Below are positions 1-7,400 of a stretch of 34,410 nucleotides of DNA, piece after piece (the stretch's first letter is position 1; the number at the start of each line of letters is the position of its first letter). Source of the DNA: Planctomycetota bacterium (lineage in GTDB: Bacteria > Planctomycetota > GCA-002687715 > CAIWVZ01); contig JAFMJN010000003.1 of NCBI GenBank assembly GCA_017853435.1, positions 1 through 34,410 of the forward strand, in the 5' to 3' direction. The notes below the pieces were generated by a model. That model was not told where the DNA came from, made no database searches, and saw only the letters and a program-made list of their open reading frames with translations. The position numbers and the translations under genes were made by a program.

Positions 1-1
1 C

Positions 2-30
2 TTGAACCCGCGATCGGGGATTGCCAACAT
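2..30 (+). promoter_or_regulatory. Candidate sigma70-type promoter for rpmG (TTGAAC-17 bp-CAACAT)
   Basis: TTGAAC at 2-7, 17-bp spacer, CAACAT at 25-30 with TG just upstream (extended -10). The same layout occurs upstream of glyQS. Confidence 0.4.
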
Positions 31-92
31 CCCCCTCCCCCGGAGGCGCGCCGTTCCTCGGACGCCTCCCCAGACCACATCGGACACGAGCC

Positions 93-254
93 ATGGCCAA
101 GAAGGACAGCTACGAGATCGTCTTCCTCACCTGCACCGAAACGGGTGAGCGCAACTACACCGTGCGCCGCAAGCTCAAGGGCACCAAGCTCGAGCTCATG
201 AAGTACTGCCCGAAGCTTCGCAAGCACACGAAGCACATCGAGAAGAAGAAGTAG
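93..254 (+). CDS. rpmG: 50S ribosomal protein L33
   Basis: MAKKDSYEIVFLTCTETGERNYTVRRK...KLELMKYCPKLRKHTKHIEKKK matches the L33 pattern. ATG at 93 is preferred over the ORF-track start at 21. Confidence 0.93.
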   Translation: MAKKDSYEIVFLTCTETGERNYTVRRKLKGTKLELMKYCPKLRKHTKHIEKKK

Positions 255-283
255 TCGCACCGCGGCGGAAAAGCCGCGATCGG

Positions 284-622
284 TCACGAGGGTCGGACGG
301 ACGTTCGTACCCAGTCCATGTAGGCGGGCCATCCCGTTTCAACGGCGACGGCGACCATCATCGGACACTCCCACGGATGAAGCGCGCGGACGGCGGCCAT
401 GACGGCCTCCCACCGCGCGCGCGTCGTTTTGATCATCAGCAGGTCTTCGACGCCCCGACAGGTCTCCCCATTCCACACGTAGGTGGAGGCGACGGCGGGC
501 AAACGAAGCACGCATGCCGCTAGCCGATCCGCGACGAGAGCGTCGGCGATCTTCGTCCCCGTCTCCGCATCGGGCACCGAAACCCAGCCCGTGAAGACGT
601 CGTCGCCCGCGCCCGAAATCAC
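284..622 (-). CDS. cutA: Divalent-cation tolerance protein CutA
   Basis: LVADRLAAC, STYVWNG, E-x-LLMIKT, LHPWECP and Y-x-x-W motifs. Start overlaps the lolD stop (GTGA). Confidence 0.9.
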   Translation of the reverse strand: MISGAGDDVFTGWVSVPDAETGTKIADALVADRLAACVLRLPAVASTYVWNGETCRGVEDLLMIKTTRARWEAVMAAVRALHPWECPMMVAVAVETGWPAYMDWVRTSVRPS

Positions 623-1341
623 GTCGGCGCCTCGGACGGTGCGGCCACGGTCCGTCCGTCTTCGAGATGCACGCGACGGGAGGCCGCGTCCGCCATACGG
701 ATGTCGTGGGTCACTACGACGAAAGTCTGCCCCATGTCGCGATTGAGTTCTCTGAAGAGAGCGTGAACACCGCTCGCCGTCTTCGGATCGAGATTCCCCG
801 TCGGTTCGTCGCAGAACACGATGCGCGGACGGTTCATGAGCGCGCGCGCGATGGCGACGCGCTGGCGTTCTCCGCCCGACAACTGATCCGGCTTGTGACG
901 CAATCTCGACGAAAGGCCGACCCGGTCGAGCAATTCCCTCGCCCGCGCTTCGCGCGCCGCGCGTCCTTCCGGAGCTCGATGGATCAAACCGGTTCCGGAA
1001 GCCACCAGCGCGGGGAACATCACGTTCTCGAGCGCCGTGAATTCCGGAAGCAGGTAATAAAACTGGAAGACGAACGCGATCTCCGACGCGCGCACCGCGT
1101 TGCGACGCACGTCCGGAGCCCGAGCCAAGTCCACGCCGTCGAGCAATACTTCGCCCGAGGTCGGTCGATCGAGCAAACCGAGGATGTGGAGCAACGTCGT
1201 CTTTCCGGAGCCCGACATTCCCATGACGGCGAGGAGTTCTCCCGACTCGACCGCGAGATCGACGCCCTTCAGAATGTCGAGGCGCTCGCCCGCCACGTCG
1301 AAGGAACGAGTCACCGCACGCGCTTCGTAGATGGTGCTCAC
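619..1341 (-). CDS. lolD: Lipoprotein-releasing ABC transporter ATP-binding protein (LolD family)
   Basis: Walker A GMSGSGKTT, Q-loop FVFQFYYLLPEFTALENV, signature LSGGERQRVAIARAL, DEPTGNLD, VTHD. Lies directly downstream of a LolC/E-like permease. Confidence 0.88.
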   Translation of the reverse strand: MSTIYEARAVTRSFDVAGERLDILKGVDLAVESGELLAVMGMSGSGKTTLLHILGLLDRPTSGEVLLDGVDLARAPDVRRNAVRASEIAFVFQFYYLLPEFTALENVMFPALVASGTGLIHRAPEGRAAREARARELLDRVGLSSRLRHKPDQLSGGERQRVAIARALMNRPRIVFCDEPTGNLDPKTASGVHALFRELNRDMGQTFVVVTHDIRMADAASRRVHLEDGRTVAAPSEAPT

Positions 1342-1342
1342 G

Positions 1343-2659
1343 TCATTGATCCTTCAGGCAGCGCACCGGGTCGAGGCGTGCGGCGGCCGCCGCCGAAATC
1401 GCCCCCGCGAGGGTCGCGAGCAGGAACGCTCCGAGGGCGACGCCTCCGATCCACTCGGGCTCCATCCGCGTCGGGATGTCCTTGAACCGATAGATCTCCG
1501 CGGAAAAGACCTCGATGTTGAGCGGTGGGCGCGCGAGGAAATCCTTGATGGCGTTGACGTTCGCCGCGATCAGGAGCCCGAGAACGGTTCCGAGCACCGA
1601 ACCGACGAGACCGATGAACGCCCCGCAACCGAGGAACACCAAAGTCACGCGCCGGGACGACATCCCCATGCTGCGTAGAATCCCGATGTCCTTCCGTTTC
1701 TCGGAAACCATCATGTTCAGAATGCCGAGAATCGATCCCGCCGCAACCGCGATGATGAAGAACAGGATGATGACGATGATCATCTTCTCGACTTTGATCG
1801 CGCCGAGCAGAGTGCGGTTCTTTTCTTCCCACGTGACGACTTCGAGGGTCGGGTAGGAAGCCGCGAGACGGCGCTTCACCTCCTGAACCTTCGAAGGATC
1901 CGCGACTTTCGCCTGAACGGTACTGCAGTCGGGGCGCGTCTTGTCCCCCGCGTAAACCACGTTGCCGAAATCGTGGGACGTCATGTAGACGTACAGCGAG
2001 TCGTAGTCTTCGCGCCCCGAGTCGAAACAGGCCACGAGCCGGAACGTCTTGTTCGAAGACGCGAACGTCGTTTCACCTTGTTCGTTGTTCTTCAGCGTGA
2101 CGCTGACCACCTGCACGTCGTCGCCGATGCGGAGATCCAACGCATCCGCGAGCGACGTCCCCATCATGAGCCCCGGCACCACCTGATCGGCGAACGGATC
2201 GTCGAGAACGGCGTCGGGAGTCCTCAGATGGGCGTGTTCGGGTCGAAGGTTTTCGGTCATCATTCGCCGCAGCGGAATCACCGCGGCCTCGCGGCGGAAG
2301 TCGATACCCGTAATGCGGACCGGCAGTTGTTTCGATCCACCGATGGCCCGAGTGTTCGCGACCATCCCGAGCGCCTGACGATGCGGTGCCAGCGCGACGA
2401 CGTCGCCTCCGGCCTTCTCCATCTCCCCACCGAGGACCCGTTCGACTTCGGCGAGATGACGCGTCACGGCGTATCCGCGAATCGACAGCGTGAGGTCGGA
2501 CTCGGTGCCGCGGACGTGAGCTTTGACACGATCCTGGAAGCCGTCCATGACGGAGACGACGACGGTGTTCGCCGCCACGCCGATCGCGACGAACAACATC
2601 GCCCAAAACGAGACGCGCCGCGACGACACGTAGCGCAGCACCAACGTCAGGACATCCAT
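1343..2659 (-). CDS. Lipoprotein-releasing ABC transporter permease (LolC/E, MacB/FtsX family)
   Basis: N-terminal TM followed by VVSVMDGF, a periplasmic domain, then MVSEKRKDIGILRSMG, three C-terminal TMs and AARLDPVRCL. Confidence 0.88.
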   Translation of the reverse strand: MDVLTLVLRYVSSRRVSFWAMLFVAIGVAANTVVVSVMDGFQDRVKAHVRGTESDLTLSIRGYAVTRHLAEVERVLGGEMEKAGGDVVALAPHRQALGMVANTRAIGGSKQLPVRITGIDFRREAAVIPLRRMMTENLRPEHAHLRTPDAVLDDPFADQVVPGLMMGTSLADALDLRIGDDVQVVSVTLKNNEQGETTFASSNKTFRLVACFDSGREDYDSLYVYMTSHDFGNVVYAGDKTRPDCSTVQAKVADPSKVQEVKRRLAASYPTLEVVTWEEKNRTLLGAIKVEKMIIVIILFFIIAVAAGSILGILNMMVSEKRKDIGILRSMGMSSRRVTLVFLGCGAFIGLVGSVLGTVLGLLIAANVNAIKDFLARPPLNIEVFSAEIYRFKDIPTRMEPEWIGGVALGAFLLATLAGAISAAAAARLDPVRCLKDQ

Positions 2660-2692
2660 GGCGGAATCCTAACGCTCCCCGCCCATTCTCCC

Positions 2693-4261
2693 CTAAGGCA
2701 GAGGAACTTCGGTACGCAGACGCCGAACCGGGAGCGGGCGTCGATCGAGGTATCGGCGGACGTCCTCGAGTTCGGGCGCCACCTTGCGCGGACCGGATCG
2801 CGGCCGATCTCCGCCCTGCGGCACGTTTCCGGCGACGATCTCGGGAAGGGCGTTCTCGAGGGCCATCGTTTCGATGATCGCGAGATGGATCGCGGCGGGC
2901 CCCCACCACGAAGCGGCGACCCCGAGGTCGTCGAGCATCACCTGCAGGCGCGCCCCGGCCCAACGACGCAGCGGTCGATCGCCGAGCGCGGCCATCGCGA
3001 GCACCTCTTCGGAGAGGGCGGTGAGCGCATCGTTCCGCTTCTCGGTACGCAACGCTTCCATCTCGGGGACGATCCCCACGCCTCTCCGGTAGACGGCGCC
3101 GAACACCGCGGCGAGCCGCACGCCCGCATCGGTATCGTCGAGCATCGGGATGCGTCCTTTCGGCAACGGCGTTCCCGTCACGGATGCGACGATGCAGGCG
3201 GCCGTCCTGACGCGCTCGTTGCGATCCGCGAAGGCCTCGTTCGGAATTCCGGATGGAGGCTCGACGGCGAAAAGAAGCCCGGCGAGCGCCGCGGCGCGAA
3301 CATCTTCGTGGGGATCCGCCAGCGCCGACTCGACGCGCAATCGCCCCGCTCCGACGAGCACCGCGACGGCGCGACTCCGCACTCCCGGATCGCCGTCCTT
3401 GTGGACGCCGATGTCCGCCAACGCCGCTTTCGCCGACGCGTCTCCGACCGCCGCGACACCGAAGATCGCATGTTTGCGCACCGACGGATCTTCGTCTCCA
3501 CAGCGTGCGAGCAGGACGGGAACCACCTCCGCTCCGCCGATCGACGCGAGGGCGAGCACCGCCGCGCGCCGTACGCGATCGTCCGGCGTCGATGCGCCTC
3601 GAATCGCGAGTGCCGCATGCCGATCGCCGCCCGAGAGTCCGATCGCCGTGAGAAGCGACGCGGGCGGTACCGAAGAGGCCCCCGAAATCATCTCCGACGC
3701 GGCACGTGAGACCGCGTCGGGGCCGAGGGCTCCGAGCGCGATCAGCGCCGCGGCTCGGGCCCGCGATTCCTTGCCGTCGCGTCGAAGAGCTTCGAGACTC
3801 GGAACGGCGGCGACGTCGCCGAGAACCCCGAGCGCGACCGCCGCCGAAATCGGATCTCCGCGAAGCCGACCTTCGACGACCGCGCGGAGAGACGGCACGG
3901 TCTCCTCCGCCCGCATCGCTGCGAAGACCAGCGCGGCTTGACACGCGAAGAGGTGATTGCCGCTCCCGAGCTCGTTGCGAAGCGGCGCGATCACCCGAGG
4001 CCCCATCCGCGCCAAGCGATGGCGCAACTCCACCCGTTCGACGCCCGACCCGGCGCGGATCAACCGGAACACCGTCTTCAGAGCGTCGGCGGAAACCTCG
4101 CCGGCCACCCCCTCGTACGCCTCCGCTTCGAAGCGCCCCTGAGCGGCCCCTCCACAACCCATGGAGGCTGCCGCGAAGACGACCCACAAGAGCCCCCTGC
4201 GCGGCGAGACGGCTCCGTGGAAAACTCTGTGGAAAAAATGTCGGGTTCGCGTGGAAGTCAC
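2693..4261 (-). CDS. HEAT/PBS-lyase repeat protein, probable lipoprotein
   Basis: Repeated D-x-x-VR-x-x-A-x-x-AL helices (DDRVRRAAVLALASIG, DPSVRKHAIFG, DPGVRSRAVAVL, HEDVRAAALAG, NERVRTAA). N-terminal PRRGLL, hydrophobic stretch and SMG-C lipobox-like site. GTG start is uncertain. Confidence 0.75.
   Translation of the reverse strand: MTSTRTRHFFHRVFHGAVSPRRGLLWVVFAAASMGCGGAAQGRFEAEAYEGVAGEVSADALKTVFRLIRAGSGVERVELRHRLARMGPRVIAPLRNELGSGNHLFACQAALVFAAMRAEETVPSLRAVVEGRLRGDPISAAVALGVLGDVAAVPSLEALRRDGKESRARAAALIALGALGPDAVSRAASEMISGASSVPPASLLTAIGLSGGDRHAALAIRGASTPDDRVRRAAVLALASIGGAEVVPVLLARCGDEDPSVRKHAIFGVAAVGDASAKAALADIGVHKDGDPGVRSRAVAVLVGAGRLRVESALADPHEDVRAAALAGLLFAVEPPSGIPNEAFADRNERVRTAACIVASVTGTPLPKGRIPMLDDTDAGVRLAAVFGAVYRRGVGIVPEMEALRTEKRNDALTALSEEVLAMAALGDRPLRRWAGARLQVMLDDLGVAASWWGPAAIHLAIIETMALENALPEIVAGNVPQGGDRPRSGPRKVAPELEDVRRYLDRRPLPVRRLRTEVPLP
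4216..4236 (-). promoter_or_regulatory. Tandem DnaA-box-like sites
   Basis: Minus strand reads TTTTCCACA-gag-TTTTCCACG. The first site matches TTWTNCACA perfectly; the second has 1 mismatch. Confidence 0.45.
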
Positions 4262-4420
4262 TGGACGCCGGGCCTTTGCGACTGTACGCTGCGCGCCTCG
4301 ATCCGAAGGAATTTTCGAACTTCTTCGGTCGAAGGAGCCCCCGCTTGCAGACCCTGCGACTCACGTCGGCCGCGAACCGTGGAAATCACACGTTCGACGG
4401 CCCGATCATCAACGACGCGC

Positions 4421-7400
4421 TCAGTTGACTTCGGCACGTTCCTTCCCTTCGCGACGCGACGCCACCGTCTCCACGGTCCGGGCGACGATCGCGGCCAAGT
4501 CGGGGAGTTCGAAGGGCTTGTTCAGCACGTAGTCGATCCCTCGTACGCGCGCTTCCCGCGGATCGATTTCCGTCCCCCATCCCGTCACGAGAACGACCCC
4601 AACGGACGGGTCCTTCCGACGGACTCCGGCGGCGAGTTCCCATCCGTTCACGGGCAACATGCCGAGATCCGTCAAGACGACGTCGTGACTCCGTTTCGAA
4701 AAGAGGACGAGCGCTTCGCGACCGTCGCCCGCCGTGTCGACCTCGGCACCGAAGCCCGAGAGGATGTCCGCGATCACGAGGCGCACCGACGTCTCGTCGT
4801 CGACGACGAGCACCCGTCGCCCCGCGAGGAGCCCCGTCGGCGCCGCGGCGGACTCGACGCGCGGAGACGGAGCCGCGTCGACTTTCGGCAACGTCACGCG
4901 CATGCGTGTTCCGCTTCCGACGCGACTATCGACGGCGATGCTCCCTCCGTGACGCGTCACGATGCCCCACACGACGCTCATGCCGAGGCCGGACCCTTCG
5001 GTCGAGGTGGTGAACCACGGATCGAAGATGCGTTCACGCACCTCTTCGGTCATGCCGACGCCCGTATCCGAAACGGTCGCGACGACCGTTTCGCCATCGA
5101 CGACCGCGGTCAGTGCGAGTTCACCGCCCGCGGGCATCGCCTTCACGGCGTTCAGCGCGAGATTCGTGAAGACCTCGCGCAATTCCGCGGGATTCCCGCG
5201 CACCCACGCATCACGCGCCGATTCGACGGTGACGGCGATGCGGATTCCGCGACGCAACGCGTCGCCTTCCCAACGCGTGCGCGTGAATTCGACGACGTCG
5301 GAAAGAAGCCCGCCGACGTCGACCGTTTCGGCGTCGGAGTCGCGCCGCGTGCGCGCGAAATCCTGAAGACGTCGAACCACCACGGCCCCGTCGCGCGCCG
5401 CCTTCGCGATCGTCGCCACGGCGGTCGCGTGCTCGGCCGAAAGTCCGCGAGTCTCGAGTTCTTGGGCGCGTCCGAGGATCGCCGCGAGCAGATTGTTGAA
5501 GTCGTGCGCGACGCCGCCCGAAAGATCGCCCACCAGTTTCAAACTCTCGTTGCGACGACGTTCGCGCTCGAGTCGAGCTCGATCCATCGCCACGGCCGCC
5601 TGAGCGGCCAACGCCTCGAGGATGTCGAGATCGGTTCCGGAGAAATGCCCCGTGTTGAGACGGTGGTCGACGTAGAGCAAGCCGCGGATGCGTCCGTCCC
5701 ACGTCATGGGTGCGGCCATGACGGATCGCAGCTCGAGCGTGGTGACCGACGATGCGGGATCGAGCGTCCCGTCGGACATCGCATTGTCGAATCGCCGTCC
5801 CGTTCCCGATCGCAACGTCTCGTCGACGATTTTCCGCGACACCTGCGATTCGGGATCCTCGATCGGCTCTTGGGCGGCGGTGCGCGCCGACGGAATGCGT
5901 AGACGTCCCTTCTCGTCGACCATGACGAGAAAGGCCCGTTCGGCCTTGAACAGGTGGACGAGACCGTCACAGATGCGGACGTGGAGTTCGGCGTCGTTCC
6001 CCGCTTCCGCGAGACTACGCGCGACTTCGAGAACCCCGCGCAGACCGTCGCCCCGATCGCGTCGCGCGGGAACGTCGCCGCGCTCCGCTTCGAACAACGC
6101 GTCCTTCAATCCACCGAGGAACCGAGAGACCGACTCGTCGTCCACGCGCGGCCTGCGCTTGCGCACTTCGTCGCCGAGATCCGCCACCTCGCGTCGGAAC
6201 GCGACGACCGACGGCAGCGCAATCAACGCCGCCATCGTCGTTCGGTCGGTAAGCCCGAAGGCGACGCGCTCGAGTGCTTCGAACGCGTCGTGGAACGCCG
6301 CGCGCGCACGATGCGGCTCCTCCAATTCCCGGTAAACGGTGCCCGCCGCCGCGGAAGCGAGAAACCGCGCCCAATGCATACCCGCCCGCTCGGCGGCGGT
6401 CGCGGCCTCCGCCAAGAGCGGCGCGGATTCCCGACAGGCGGCTTCCCCCGTGCGGCAGGCGGCCGCCCCGACGACCTCGGCGGCCGCGCACCGCACTTCG
6501 ATTTCCGTCGCCGCCTTCAAAATCTCGATCGCCTTCGCGAACGCATCCCCCCATCGGCCGCGGAGGAAGTCGGCCTGAGCCACGACGAGCCGTGCATCGC
6601 GGCGATCGTCGTCCCCCGCACCGGGAGCACGCGTCGCCCGTGCGGCGGCCATGAGCGCGCCCTCGGCGTCCTGTTCGACCAACGCACAACGCGCTTCCAA
6701 AAGTGCGGTCTTCGCCGCCAAAGTGTGCGCGCCGCGTCGCGTTTCGACCCGCCGCAAGACTTCGGCGTGGCGTCGCGCGTCCGCCGCCTTGCCGAACGTC
6801 GCGAGAACATCCGCGAGATTGAAGCGCCGAACGAGCGCTCCCGCGATGTTGCCGAGACTACGATCGAGCCGCTCCGATTCGCGATAGTGCCGCTCGGCTT
6901 CGTCCGCCGCTCCCTGCATGAACGCGACGGCTCCGAGATTGTTCAACACCATGGCCTGCCCCGCGATGTCGCCGATGCGGCGATAGAGCACGAGAGCGCG
7001 CGCGTAATGCCGGGCGGCGGCGTCGAGCTCGCGGCGTTCGAAGTGAATGTTCGCGAGCGAGATCCACGAAGCCCCTTCCCGCGAGGTCTGACCGGCCTGA
7101 CGACGCAGGCGCAAACTGGCGGTGAACTGTTCGATCGCCTCCGCGGTCCGACCGCGACGCCGGAGGACCACGCCCAAACTGTTCGCGCTGTCGGCCCACC
7201 CGAGCAGATCGCAACGCTGGCGGCGCAACGGCAACGCGCGGCGGAAACACGCTTCCGCGGTTTCGAGATCGTTCAACGCGAGCGACGCGTTGCCGAGCAT
7301 GTGTTCGATCGAGCCGACGAGATCGGGATCGATCGACCCCGCCGCGGCCTCACGTGCGGCCCGCAAGCGTACGACCGCCGATTCCGGACGCCCCTGCGCC

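Noticed and set aside
1-60. GGTTCAAG on the minus strand at the window edge, resembling a tRNA T-loop
   Set aside because: The upstream sequence does not fold into D and anticodon arms. The same bases fit a -35 element for rpmG better.
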